Below, in pieces: positions 1-8,964 of a stretch of DNA of 64,000 nt. The stretch spans positions 32,001-96,000 of the IMG/VR virus record IMGVR_UViG_3300021399_000115; one strand, 5' to 3'. A program made the position numbers and the translations under genes. The number at the start of each line of letters is the position of its first letter. Positions within the stretch are counted from its first letter, which is position 1. Source of the DNA: a virus. Taxonomy: Duplodnaviria > Caudoviricetes. A model generated the notes under the pieces. The model made no database searches, was not told the DNA's origin, and saw only the letters and a list, made by a program, of their open reading frames with translations.

Positions 1-348
1 CACCACCCATGAAGTAACTTGCGGATGTCGCCCGAGCCAAGCAAGTATCTCTTGTCCGCGACGTCGCCAGTCAATATCCGGGGTTTTACCATAAATACGA
101 ATACCGCCCTTGTACCATAACTTGTTCTCTAGGTACTTATAATCACGATTTTCTGGTTCACATAGTCTCCAATCGCTACTGAGAACAACTTTGGCATCTG
201 TAAGATTAATAATCGTTCTCAGTAGTTTAATCTTGGAATCCATAACACCCAATGCTCCGCTCGGTGCAAGTGCTTTAGCAGAATCGCAATTTAGAACGCC
301 GTCAACGTCTAAGAATATAATGCTGGTAGCTACCTCATTACTCATCAT
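1..348 (-). CDS. HAD-superfamily phosphatase (Swiss-army-knife RNA-repair type HAD), 3'-partial
   Basis: Not in the ORF track because it runs off the window. Manual translation MMSNEVATSIIFLDVDGVLN...AKVVLSSDWR...RGQEILAWL shows the DxDGVL and SSxWR motifs. Confidence 0.8.
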   Translation of the reverse strand, partial: MMSNEVATSIIFLDVDGVLNCDSAKALAPSGALGVMDSKIKLLRTIINLTDAKVVLSSDWRLCEPENRDYKYLENKLWYKGGIRIYGKTPDIDWRRRGQEILAWLGRHPQVTSWVV

Positions 349-349
349 A

Positions 350-688
350 TTAATCACTCTCTCTCCAATCTAGCGTCTGACCGCATTTAGGACAGCATTC
401 AAACTTGTACAGCATATACGCACCGCAGTTAGGACACAGAGGTTCATTATGATACCACGATGGGTCGGTGGGTTTGGTAGGGATTATCTTCTTTAAAGCC
501 TCATCGTCAAAAGAAAATCCCCTCGGATACCCCGGGATACCCTTCTGGTTAATTTCGCCGTAGTTGAATGCACCGGTATCATTAAATTCGAAATACAAAT
601 CCTGTTTAGTAGCTTCGTTAATAATTATTTCAAGATAGTGATCTTTTTGTAATTCACTATATTGTTCTTCAGTCAGCACTATCTTCAT
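350..688 (-). CDS. hypothetical protein with C-terminal zinc ribbon
   Basis: CPNCG...CPKCGQTLDW; AGGAGG RBS before ATG at 688. Confidence 0.7.
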   Translation of the reverse strand: MKIVLTEEQYSELQKDHYLEIIINEATKQDLYFEFNDTGAFNYGEINQKGIPGYPRGFSFDDEALKKIIPTKPTDPSWYHNEPLCPNCGAYMLYKFECCPKCGQTLDWRESD

Positions 689-1037
689 TAGATTCCTCCT
701 GGACGAATTTAACATCATATCGACTACTCGCTTCCATCACGCTCGCCATAGAATGATTATTTAAATCATCCATGAACTTCTGAGTAAGACCGTTAACCTT
801 ATAAGCAAACTGCGAACCAAAATATACATGCGCACAATCAGCTTCTTTCTTCGGAATAAGCACATATGTGGTAGCTTCCGTCATCGCAGAACCGCCGACT
901 CCCGGGAATCCCAGTGCGGTACTTCCCCAAATCTGTTCAAACATGTAAATTGTAAAATCAGTACTATATACCTTTTCTCGTCTAAGAAGGTCGTCCTGGA
1001 TTAACATTAATTCCATTGCGGTTGTTAAAACTTTCAT
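669..1037 (-). CDS. hypothetical phage protein
   Basis: ORF with GGAGG RBS; F.Q.WGSTALGF.G.GG motif. Confidence 0.65.
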   Translation of the reverse strand: MKVLTTAMELMLIQDDLLRREKVYSTDFTIYMFEQIWGSTALGFPGVGGSAMTEATTYVLIPKKEADCAHVYFGSQFAYKVNGLTQKFMDDLNNHSMASVMEASSRYDVKFVQEESNEDSAD

Positions 1038-1038
1038 A

Positions 1039-1593
1039 TTATTTTTCCTCCATATTTTTTTCAGTAGCATTATCAATAGTTATACGATGGATATCTTGAA
1101 CGTAAGATAACAAACCATCCTTAATTAATTTACCGAGATTTACTGGATCATAATTAATAACATTGGCAGCTACATTCAGATGGCGACCATCAGTAAGACC
1201 GCTGTCATTGTGATTATGCCCATGTATATTGAACGCCCAGGGTACATCCACCGGTTCATGAGACAAAATCAGCTTGCGACTGATTATCAACGGTCCCTCA
1301 TAAATCTCATCAAAATACGGTTTAAATCGACTAGCTGATTCATCATGGTTCCCCATAATCAGAACTTTGTATCCTCGGATTAATTTAAAATATTCCGGAT
1401 TACCGACGTCCCCCAAATGAATGAGAGTATCGGGCTTATGAACAGTACATTTAATAACATCAACATGGTCTTGTGTAGATATTGTATATCCCATAAGTTC
1501 CCGATCCGGATCGTCAAAATGTGTATCTGAAACAATGTATACCGAGCCAAACTCTGACCATTGCTCAGCGAATTTATATAATCCTCTAATCAT
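1039..1593 (-). CDS. calcineurin-like metallophosphoesterase
   Basis: SDTHF, HLGDVG, GNHD, SHEP and HGHNH motifs. Confidence 0.9.
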   Translation of the reverse strand: MIRGLYKFAEQWSEFGSVYIVSDTHFDDPDRELMGYTISTQDHVDVIKCTVHKPDTLIHLGDVGNPEYFKLIRGYKVLIMGNHDESASRFKPYFDEIYEGPLIISRKLILSHEPVDVPWAFNIHGHNHNDSGLTDGRHLNVAANVINYDPVNLGKLIKDGLLSYVQDIHRITIDNATEKNMEEK

Positions 1594-1606
1594 AATTTCT
1601 CCTTGG

Positions 1607-1776
1607 TTCGGCGGGTGTGCAGTCAGAGCGGTTTATCCCACTCCTCAATCACACGCATCCTCTTCCGGGTTGCAACGATAGTTCTGGGGAACTTCCCCGA
1701 TGGTGTCTCTCCCCTGTGTCCCTTTCCCGAGGCTAACATTGTCTTCTCGACTTTGAGTGCTTGTCTACCGCCGGAA
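1607..1776 (-). ncRNA. candidate structured RNA in GC-rich intergenic region
   Basis: ~170 nt gap, GC-richer than flanks, closed by CGGCGG/CCGCCG; internal GTGTG...CACAC and GAGTGG...CCGCTC stems. Confidence 0.35.
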
Positions 1777-1787
1777 ATTATCTATTA

Positions 1788-2021
1788 TTATTCTTCGTAA
1801 GCCGACTTCTTAATAAATACTTTAACCACCGACCCGTCAAATGGCCCATCGCCTTCGAAATAATCACTGGTTACTCCCGTTACGTCCCACTCCGCATACT
1901 GAACAGGATAACTTTCAGCTTCAAATATACCGACATACTCACCGTCTTCAATGTCTAGTAGCGTAATTGCATTAGACAAAAGGACATTCTCGAATAAATC
2001 CTTAACTTTCATAATCTTCAC
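1788..2021 (-). CDS. small acidic hypothetical protein
   Basis: ORF with AAGGAGG RBS. Confidence 0.6.
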   Translation of the reverse strand: MKIMKVKDLFENVLLSNAITLLDIEDGEYVGIFEAESYPVQYAEWDVTGVTSDYFEGDGPFDGSVVKVFIKKSAYEE

Positions 2022-2033
2022 AACAATTCCTCC

Positions 2034-2261
2034 TTACCACTGTCGCCCTTGCAGACAGGTCATGATATATTTTCCGAGTTTGCTACTTTGTGAGCAATAA
2101 AAATACTTCCTTTTGCCACATTCGGCACACATCTTGAGACCCTCTATAAACGGCGGATTATTATTTATCGGGCCATGAGTATAATGCCAACGGATTATGT
2201 GATACTCATGGTGACACATTAGTTGTTTAATAAATCGTTTAATTCTGTTTACCATTACCAT
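2034..2261 (-). CDS. small Cys/His protein
   Basis: CHHEY...CAECGK; in operon. Confidence 0.6.
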   Translation of the reverse strand: MVMVNRIKRFIKQLMCHHEYHIIRWHYTHGPINNNPPFIEGLKMCAECGKRKYFYCSQSSKLGKYIMTCLQGRQW

Positions 2262-2454
2262 ATCTCCCCTCAGTGATTTTATTCAAGCGATCTGCTCCCA
2301 AATCTTTATCACCAATATCATAGTATTGAAGAATATATATTAATCCGCCCAACGTTCCGGCCCTTGTCCAGCCGTCAGTGCCATGGTTAATCTCTTCAAC
2401 ATATCTGTTGATATAATAATCAATCAATTCCCAATCAATCGGCTTCGACATCAT
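2239..2454 (-). CDS. hypothetical protein
   Basis: GAGGAGG RBS; overlaps neighbouring genes. Confidence 0.55.
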   Translation of the reverse strand: MMSKPIDWELIDYYINRYVEEINHGTDGWTRAGTLGGLIYILQYYDIGDKDLGADRLNKITEGRYGNGKQN

Positions 2455-2833
2455 CGTCCTCCTCAATTACATAAACCTCAAGTCCATACTGATTAGCAAT
2501 GCTTACCATATTGCGAGTTCCGCGAGAACTTCCAATCGGAAAAGCAACTACAATACCTTCATCAGCCCGGGCAGCATATTTAGCTATCTGGTGATTACGG
2601 ATTGATTCGGCGAAATTATTATATGTTTTCCTGTCGGCTTCAAGCACTTTCAACGGATACCCATACTGATTGGCAAATTTTTCGCCTAGCATGTCCGCTC
2701 CTCTCGCATGACCGCTGATGATTTCGACATAATCGTTGTTAGCAATGGAATGGATGCCAATATTATCCATTACCCGGCAAAGTTTGGCATAATCATTAAA
2801 TTCTCGTGAACCACAAATAATAATTCTTACCAC
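2435..2833 (-). CDS. SLOG-family (YspA/DUF2493-like) nucleotide-binding protein
   Basis: IIICGSREF, IISGHARGAD, SRGT motifs; GTG start at 2833 after AAGGAGGA. Confidence 0.85.
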   Translation of the reverse strand: MVRIIICGSREFNDYAKLCRVMDNIGIHSIANNDYVEIISGHARGADMLGEKFANQYGYPLKVLEADRKTYNNFAESIRNHQIAKYAARADEGIVVAFPIGSSRGTRNMVSIANQYGLEVYVIEEDDDVEAD

Positions 2834-2846
2834 GGGTAAATCCTCC

Positions 2847-3197
2847 TTATATGCATCCGCCACAGCTACCATAGCGGAAATCGCTCTCATTAAATGCGAA
2901 GTAAATCTGGGATTTGAGGTTATAATCATCAGTTATTGTGCTCAACCACTCGTCATTAGCGGCAATCCAATCAACTGAGGATAATCCGTCTTCGTAATCT
3001 TCAAATTCCTCTTGCCATTCGTCATTAAAATACCACTGGGAATATGTACCAAATGTGTACATCGGCTCATTAACAATCTCCCGAGGTATATGGTCAGTAT
3101 AATCCTTACCGTCAATAGTCAGTGTCCAGGTACCGCTACATAAGCATGGGTACTGCCCGGACCAAGTGGCGTTTACTTTGTGATTATTTTTATTCAT
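2847..3197 (-). CDS. conserved phage hypothetical protein
   Basis: YPCLCSG.W ... SCGGCI; GAGGAGG RBS. Confidence 0.7.
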   Translation of the reverse strand: MNKNNHKVNATWSGQYPCLCSGTWTLTIDGKDYTDHIPREIVNEPMYTFGTYSQWYFNDEWQEEFEDYEDGLSSVDWIAANDEWLSTITDDYNLKSQIYFAFNESDFRYGSCGGCI

Positions 3198-3528
3198 GGG
3201 GTTCCTCCTCAAGAATTGCAATTATTCTGGCTGCCTGATCGGCATTAATTGATGTGGTATCTTTCATCATTTCTACACATTTGGCTATCACCAAATCATC
3301 TCGTACAGTTTGTTCAATCTCGGGAGTGAGTAATTCAATACGGCAGCCATAGAATTCGTCCCAAGATTTACTGTAGTGAGTATAAAGATCGAAATCACAC
3401 ATAGTTCCATTAAAATCTACGGATATTGCCCCTTGCTCATCATTAACTTTAATAACTTTGCCAATAACCGGATGTTTACGGTAGTTAAGCACTACCTTAT
3501 CTCCTATAGTAAATTTTGATTTATTCAT
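3190..3528 (-). CDS. hypothetical protein (SH3/beta-barrel-like N-terminus)
   Basis: FTIGDKVV motif. Confidence 0.6.
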   Translation of the reverse strand: MNKSKFTIGDKVVLNYRKHPVIGKVIKVNDEQGAISVDFNGTMCDFDLYTHYSKSWDEFYGCRIELLTPEIEQTVRDDLVIAKCVEMMKDTTSINADQAARIIAILEEEPHE

Positions 3529-3533
3529 AGCGA

Positions 3534-3782
3534 TTATCTCCTTGCATTCGGTTCATAAAACTCAAAAGAATTTGTTTTACCATTATACCTAATAAATCCA
3601 TCCATACTCTCACGAAGACGTTCTCGGTTCTTTATGCAACACTGCATGAGGTCATCCATTAGCTTTGGGGTAAGTCGTTTTTTGTGGTGGGCTAAATCCG
3701 GCTGGATGTATTTGAGCACGTCCTGAACGGCAAGCAGTCCTTGTGTAAAACCGCGATTGTATTCTCCGGATAATCGTTCCAT
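3534..3782 (-). CDS. hypothetical protein
   Basis: ORF with AAGGAG RBS. Confidence 0.6.
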   Translation of the reverse strand: MERLSGEYNRGFTQGLLAVQDVLKYIQPDLAHHKKRLTPKLMDDLMQCCIKNRERLRESMDGFIRYNGKTNSFEFYEPNARR

Positions 3783-3794
3783 GGCAAAATCTCC

Positions 3795-3953
3795 TTATAC
3801 AATTTTGAAGTAATAATTAAACTGTTGGTTAGTTAGTAACACTGTGCAGTAATCACTTACATAGATTACATAATCTTCGCCGGCTTTGGAGTATTGGTAT
3901 AATTCTCCGCTAGTAAATAGTTCAGTTGGTGGATTGATGCATTCTGCATACAT
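3795..3953 (-). CDS. small hypothetical protein (52 aa)
   Basis: Manual: AAGGAGG RBS, MYAECINPP...YFKIV; fills the gap between neighbours. Confidence 0.55.
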   Translation of the reverse strand: MYAECINPPTELFTSGELYQYSKAGEDYVIYVSDYCTVLLTNQQFNYYFKIV

Positions 3954-3993
3954 GAGGTGTCCTCCTTGGGAAAATAATAATAAAATTCAATTT

Positions 3994-4410
3994 TTACGCC
4001 ATACCAATAATATCTTTTTCGCTGACCGCAAATTTTTCATCGCCTATATTGCTGACGAAGCACTGACTATTTGTTCTTTTATATCCTTGCAAAATATAAA
4101 ATGTTGGTGCTTCTGCGGATGAAATTACCTCGATAACTTTGCCATATCTATGACGTCCGCCATAATCAACCTTGACCATATCACCTTTAGTAGGTATGAA
4201 CACTTTAATGTCATCATTAATAAATTCAACTACATCGCTAATATTACAATTTAATCCTCTACAAATTTTATCAATCATTGTAAGCGTCAAGGATTCATTC
4301 CGTTTTAGTTTGGCTGCCGTTGCTGTTGCAATGTCTGCAACTTTTCTCAAATCACGGATGTTCATATTTTTCTTTTTTAAGGTTTTCCATAACGGCGCGT
4401 ATGAAATCAT
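3994..4410 (-). CDS. Cro/C1-type HTH regulator fused to a small C-terminal beta domain
   Basis: MISYAPLWKTL...IDKICRGLNCNISDVVE is a typical HTH_26 pattern. Confidence 0.85.
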   Translation of the reverse strand: MISYAPLWKTLKKKNMNIRDLRKVADIATATAAKLKRNESLTLTMIDKICRGLNCNISDVVEFINDDIKVFIPTKGDMVKVDYGGRHRYGKVIEVISSAEAPTFYILQGYKRTNSQCFVSNIGDEKFAVSEKDIIGMA

Positions 4411-4763
4411 TTTGTATTATCCTCTTCATTTAATAATTTATTGTCTATCGGTGCGAGCCTATAAATATCTCCGCGTTCCTTGGTTATTTCATACTCTTCT
4501 AATAATGATGCTGGTATTTCATCCTCGGTAAATATCACCTCTTTGTATCTAACCTTGTCGGTCATTTCGCAGCTATTTGAAATTATAATTACCAAAGTTG
4601 CGACAACAATAACCATCGCCACAAATGCTCCAAAGTACTCACCTTGTTGTGATAATGCTATCGAAAGTATAGTTCCAATTACAACAGTTAAGAAAAATAA
4701 CACCACAACAATATCTGGAAATTGATCCAGCTTTCTCAAATACTCAACATTAACTACCTGCAT
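4407..4763 (-). CDS. membrane protein (2 TM)
   Basis: two hydrophobic segments. Confidence 0.65.
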   Translation of the reverse strand: MQVVNVEYLRKLDQFPDIVVVLFFLTVVIGTILSIALSQQGEYFGAFVAMVIVVATLVIIISNSCEMTDKVRYKEVIFTEDEIPASLLEEYEITKERGDIYRLAPIDNKLLNEEDNTK

Positions 4764-5349
4764 TATTATTCTCCTCAGCTAATCTTTCCTTAACCCTATT
4801 CCAATGTCTCCGCCAACCAAAGCACCATTCATAAGCCCTATCATCATTCCATCCGGCAGCAACCATATCTTCATAGAGCCGCTGTCTCATAGTATCACAG
4901 TACGGAATGTGAATATCTTCTATGGTAGCTTTTTCGCCGAGTTCTCTGACACGGTTAACAAGTTCCTTCTTGTACTCGGCATCGTTATAAAAAAAACTTA
5001 TCTTCTTCAACGCTTCGTTAGTATCAAATTGCTCATGTCTACGTTTCTGAGATCGCCAATACTGTTTTAAACTATTCAATGCCCATGTAAGATGTCCTTC
5101 TTCTTCTATGTCTACGTAGGATTTTTTACTGAGATATACTATCATATTACCTTCGCCGTCAGATACATGCATACCAATTATATATGGGTAATACGGCATT
5201 AGGTCTTTTTGTGAGTCGATACGTAACGGTATAATTGTATTATTAGCTGCATAAATTTTTATTTTACTAAAATCCGTGACCTCACGAATATCTACAAGAA
5301 CATCGTATAGATCACATTTACCACTGTAGCGGCTGATAATAATCACCAC
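4750..5349 (-). CDS. hypothetical protein
   Basis: Long ORF; start uncertain (GTG/ATT before SRYSGKCD). Confidence 0.6.
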   Translation of the reverse strand: MVIIISRYSGKCDLYDVLVDIREVTDFSKIKIYAANNTIIPLRIDSQKDLMPYYPYIIGMHVSDGEGNMIVYLSKKSYVDIEEEGHLTWALNSLKQYWRSQKRRHEQFDTNEALKKISFFYNDAEYKKELVNRVRELGEKATIEDIHIPYCDTMRQRLYEDMVAAGWNDDRAYEWCFGWRRHWNRVKERLAEENNNAGS

Positions 5350-5350
5350 C

Positions 5351-5584
5351 TTATATTGCGGTACTATTCGGCGACCGCTTATTAAACTCATCAATAGCTA
5401 CATGAACATTACCCGACAGCTTTACAACCGAGCCGTCCGGATACTTGCAGTAGTACCACTCAATGTGGTTAAACAAATCTCGGAACAGTCCGAATGTCAT
5501 CAGTCGTTTGTCCGTATATAAGTCCATCATCGTATTCGTCCACTGGAGTACATGCTCCTGGGTTAGGGTTCCGGGTTCTGCCAT
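5351..5584 (-). CDS. hypothetical protein
   Basis: AAGGAGG RBS. Confidence 0.6.
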   Translation of the reverse strand: MAEPGTLTQEHVLQWTNTMMDLYTDKRLMTFGLFRDLFNHIEWYYCKYPDGSVVKLSGNVHVAIDEFNKRSPNSTAI

Positions 5585-5645
5585 ATAATCGCCTCCTTTA
5601 ATAATTAATTGATTATCTATACATTACCACACATTTAATAATTAA

Positions 5646-5933
5646 TCAAGCACTTATTTCTTGATAATGTAACATTTTTTCAATCTGGTCGTCACTCATA
5701 TCATTCCACTTGCGGATGCCGGCGATATCAAGCTGCGAGAAAATGCCCATGAGAACCGATCTGACAATGCCGTTGCCGGCCTCCTTAAAGAGCTGGCTGT
5801 TCGAATTCGTTGTTTCTGCTCTATTAAAATACTCATCATTTGGACCGGCTATATCCATTAAACGCCAACATTCTTTTGGCGTGAGTTTTCGAATTCGATA
5901 TCTATACTTAGTTTCTTCCATAATATCAATCAA
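5646..5933 (-). CDS. C5-cytosine methyltransferase C-terminal fragment (motifs IX-X)
   Basis: YRIRKLTPKECWRLM and QLFKEAGNGIV. Confidence 0.85.
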   Translation of the reverse strand: MIDIMEETKYRYRIRKLTPKECWRLMDIAGPNDEYFNRAETTNSNSQLFKEAGNGIVRSVLMGIFSQLDIAGIRKWNDMSDDQIEKMLHYQEISA

Positions 5934-6127
5934 TCCCTTCCTTCGTTATTACTATATATCTCAAACACCCAATTATCCTTAGCTACCGAAGTTATTGTAT
6001 GGGCGAGTTCATCCTCAGCAAGTTCCAGACGTTGCACGAGAATACCGCCACCAGTCTTGGATCGATCATTTGGATTATTCGGGTTACGTCCTCTCGACGC
6101 GCATATTATTTGTTTGATTAGTTTCAT
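5930..6127 (-). CDS. free-standing TRD-like module of C5 methyltransferase
   Basis: CASRGRNP...QRLE...AHTITSVAKDNWV, a TL-type TRD core. Confidence 0.65.
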   Translation of the reverse strand: MKLIKQIICASRGRNPNNPNDRSKTGGGILVQRLELAEDELAHTITSVAKDNWVFEIYSNNEGRD

Positions 6128-6287
6128 AATTTATCTCTTTAATAATTACTATCGGTTCACGGTTACCACCGCCGGCAGTGTTAATCGCAGGACATAATCC
6201 GCGATGGGAATATACATTGCCGGCATATGATCCACCGGTGAAACCGTATATATTACCTAATCTGATTAGTTCTTTCATTGTTCTCAT
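6084..6287 (-). CDS. free-standing TRD-like module of C5 methyltransferase
   Basis: LGNIYG...AGNVYSHRGLCPAINTAGGGNREP. Confidence 0.7.
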   Translation of the reverse strand: MRTMKELIRLGNIYGFTGGSYAGNVYSHRGLCPAINTAGGGNREPIVIIKEINYETNQTNNMRVERT

Positions 6288-6459
6288 GTCCTACCACTAT
6301 CATCGGCTGAGTATTACCGCCCGAGTTCGCCTTGATTGCCGGACACAGCCCTTGTACTCCAAACACTGCGCCGGCATAGGCGTCTTTATGACCGTAAATA
6401 TTGCCGATAAAAATACTACTCGTTAGATTGATTGTTTTCTTCAATTTCAAGTACTGCAT
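6253..6459 (-). CDS. free-standing TRD-like module of C5 methyltransferase
   Basis: IGNIYG...AGAVFGVQGLCPAIKANSGGNTQP; paralogue of 6084-6287; start uncertain. Confidence 0.65.
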   Translation of the reverse strand: MQYLKLKKTINLTSSIFIGNIYGHKDAYAGAVFGVQGLCPAIKANSGGNTQPMIVVGHENNERTNQIR

Positions 6460-6601
6460 TAGCCCAATTACTCATTCCTTTATAGTCGCGAACTAAAAGT
6501 GATGTTGCCACATCAACAAAATATATGTTGGGGTCACTTGGTTTACCCTTCGCTCGCTGAATATCTTTAATTATTATTGATGTAAATCGCTTCTTTGTCA
6601 T
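6416..6601 (-). CDS. free-standing TRD-like module of C5 methyltransferase
   Basis: DVATSLLVRDYKGMSN..NAVLE resembles the ATTLxARDYKG TRD motif. Confidence 0.65.
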   Translation of the reverse strand: MTKKRFTSIIIKDIQRAKGKPSDPNIYFVDVATSLLVRDYKGMSNWANAVLEIEENNQSNE

Positions 6602-6607
6602 ATTTTT

Positions 6608-7465
6608 TCAACATTGTATAACACCAGATCCCTCAGATCTGCGGTTACTGATTCCGCGGTCTGTCCTTGCGCTGACGCAATTTGCGATATCAAGAGTGTC
6701 TGGGTTATTAACAGATAAATCAACGGCTTCGAGAATTGTCTCCTCATCAAGTTTGCCGTCTGCAATAAGTTGCTTGATGAGAGCATCAGCTTTTTCATTG
6801 TTGATGTAGAACTTCTCATCTACAACCGGATCGAGTCGGTCTTTCATAACTTCATGGAGCGGAATCGGTCGCGGAAATTCGAAGTTGATTTCTTCTAGGC
6901 TACTAACCATAAAACAACGGTTGCGGTGCTGTGGTACTCCATACTCACTGGCTTCGAGATCTTGCCAGTAGTTGTGATAACCCTTGGATTCAAGAAACGA
7001 AATCCAGTTTTGGAAATTCTCTAAATTTTTCTTACTGTGAACCTGTGTGACATTCTCCATGATGAGTATTTGAGGAAGTTCTTCCAGTTCATTCAACAGA
7101 CGCTCAACTTCCCAAAGTAATGATGATCTAGTTCCGCTATCCTTATCCATTCCGGCTTGCTTACCGGCAACTGAAAGGTCATGCTATTGGCAGGGAAAAC
7201 TATAAGTCATAATATAAGTATACTTATCAGTATCCCTGATCCCTAAATCATCACCTCCAATCTCTTTAATATCCATTGTTTCGAAGTTAGTACCGTGAAT
7301 TGCGTTATAGCTTTTAACCGGGAATTTATCGAATTCTACTAAACGATAATGCTCGAATACGTCATCCGGATTAAGACCATTTGCAATAGCCAAATCCCTC
7401 AAACCTATCGACTGGCAGCCAATACCGCCAAATAGCTCAATCAATCTAATTTTATTAGTTATCAT
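6608..7465 (-). CDS. C5-cytosine DNA methyltransferase N-terminal part (motifs I-VIII plus one TRD), interrupted by an in-frame TAG at 7184-7186
   Basis: ELFGGIG, YSFPCQ*HDLSVAG, MENV and PQHRNRCF are all in one frame; ends with TRD-like IANCVSARTDRGI. Confidence 0.85.
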
Positions 7466-7474
7466 ATTACTCCT

Positions 7475-7678
7475 TTAATAATTAATCGGTTTGTTATTGT
7501 TACTTTTATCACCAAAGTGATATCGATTTAAGAAATCCACATACGACAAACCGGACATATCCACATCTGTCCGGAAGCCGCAGCTACATTTAAAAATCCT
7601 TTTAGGTACTTGACCGTGTGCATATGTACTGCACAGGATCATTGCTCTTCCACAGATAGGACATGTCCGATAATTCAT
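7475..7678 (-). CDS. small zinc-finger protein
   Basis: CPICG...CSCG. Confidence 0.6.
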   Translation of the reverse strand: MNYRTCPICGRAMILCSTYAHGQVPKRIFKCSCGFRTDVDMSGLSYVDFLNRYHFGDKSNNNKPINY

Positions 7679-7728
7679 AATGTCTCCTTCCTTCTTATTT
7701 AATTATCTCAGTGATTATTACATTGAGT

Positions 7729-7757
7729 ACTATATCACGGTTTGATTATTACGTCAA
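7729..7757 (-). promoter_or_regulatory. sigma-A type promoter
   Basis: TTGACG-17-TATAGT with extended TG; TTAATWATTAA box just upstream. Confidence 0.7.
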
Positions 7758-7775
7758 TACTATTTAATAATTAAT

Positions 7776-8528
7776 TTATGGAAAATTTTTGAGTAAACTT
7801 CTAGCCGGCTCCTTCTCCATATTTTCTTTCGCCCACTTGATATAACCCGGATCGAGGGCATATACTTCCGGGATTGTCTGGCCAAAATGCTTTCCAAAAT
7901 TGAATTTCCAGCTTTCTATATCCGGAAGCTGTTCTGCTGGCGGTGTGGTCACCGGAATTGCTACATCATCAAATTTCATCTCAATATCTTTGCGAGACGC
8001 GAGATAATCTGCAAGATGAAGAATAATCTGATATTTATCAGTAGGTTTTGGTAGAATAACATCTGGATGACGCTTATCCTGACACCATTGGCCCATGTGC
8101 GACTCAATTACATGTGCGCAAAAATTTCGCTCTACTTCCGGTATTCCGTCTATATGTTTAATCATCTCGGCTGCTCTGAGCGGATGGTCAAATTTTGTAT
8201 ACTTGTTATGTTCGTACTCCTCTTGTGTTCCACTTTTCATCATATCATGAGCAATACCTGAAACTCTAAGCAAATCTCGTTCTCTGGAAGTAAAATTCTG
8301 AGCTATAGACTCTACTCCAAACATATGGTTAAGCAATTTTACCAAAGCAACCGTATGTTTTGCCAGTCCGAGCGGAGTTTCACAGGCATATTGCGGATGA
8401 TAACGAAGCGAAGATGAAGCAGGCACAAGGAAAAAATACGGAGGTGCTGCGTCAATAACATTTTTTGCAAACTGCTTTATGTCTTCGTTCTCGAACGTTT
8501 CTAATATGCAATCAAAAATTTCTTTCAT
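7776..8528 (-). CDS. HD-domain phosphohydrolase with C-terminal FGKH (DUF3820/ExoX-C-like) domain
   Basis: PASSS.RYHP, H...HD, SHMGQW, HLADY; FNFGKHFGQTI...DPGYIKWA. Confidence 0.85.
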   Translation of the reverse strand: MKEIFDCILETFENEDIKQFAKNVIDAAPPYFFLVPASSSLRYHPQYACETPLGLAKHTVALVKLLNHMFGVESIAQNFTSRERDLLRVSGIAHDMMKSGTQEEYEHNKYTKFDHPLRAAEMIKHIDGIPEVERNFCAHVIESHMGQWCQDKRHPDVILPKPTDKYQIILHLADYLASRKDIEMKFDDVAIPVTTPPAEQLPDIESWKFNFGKHFGQTIPEVYALDPGYIKWAKENMEKEPARSLLKNFP

Positions 8529-8592
8529 TGGATATTCTCCTCTATATATTGTGGTCTATGTTGTTATTCAAACACTATATATTGTGTTATGA

Positions 8593-8964
8593 TTATTCTG
8601 TTAGTCCATTCTTACGAGCCAACTCTTCTGCTCTCATATCTTGGGCGATTTTGATAGCTTGATTAGGAGAATTAGCGTATATGATGTAGGAGCCGGAAGA
8701 TTCATGGGAGTTTTCTTTGTAATTACTCCATAAATCATACTCATCATATTCTGCCTCCCAGTCACCGGTATAATCAGTAACATTGTATCTAAATCGTTTA
8801 TCAATAAATTGATGAGTGTCGTATTCATCGTAGCTAATTGAGTCATCATTATAACTGCCGCACTTAATAGCTTCGATGACATTTTTCGCCTCTGTTTCAG
8901 ATTCAACAATACCAATTATATGACGATCGGAATAATAACCCTTTTCAATAACATAAACTTTCAT
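8593..8964 (-). CDS. hypothetical protein
   Basis: MKVYVIEKGYYSDRHIIG; GAGGTG RBS. Confidence 0.65.
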   Translation of the reverse strand: MKVYVIEKGYYSDRHIIGIVESETEAKNVIEAIKCGSYNDDSISYDEYDTHQFIDKRFRYNVTDYTGDWEAEYDEYDLWSNYKENSHESSGSYIIYANSPNQAIKIAQDMRAEELARKNGLTE

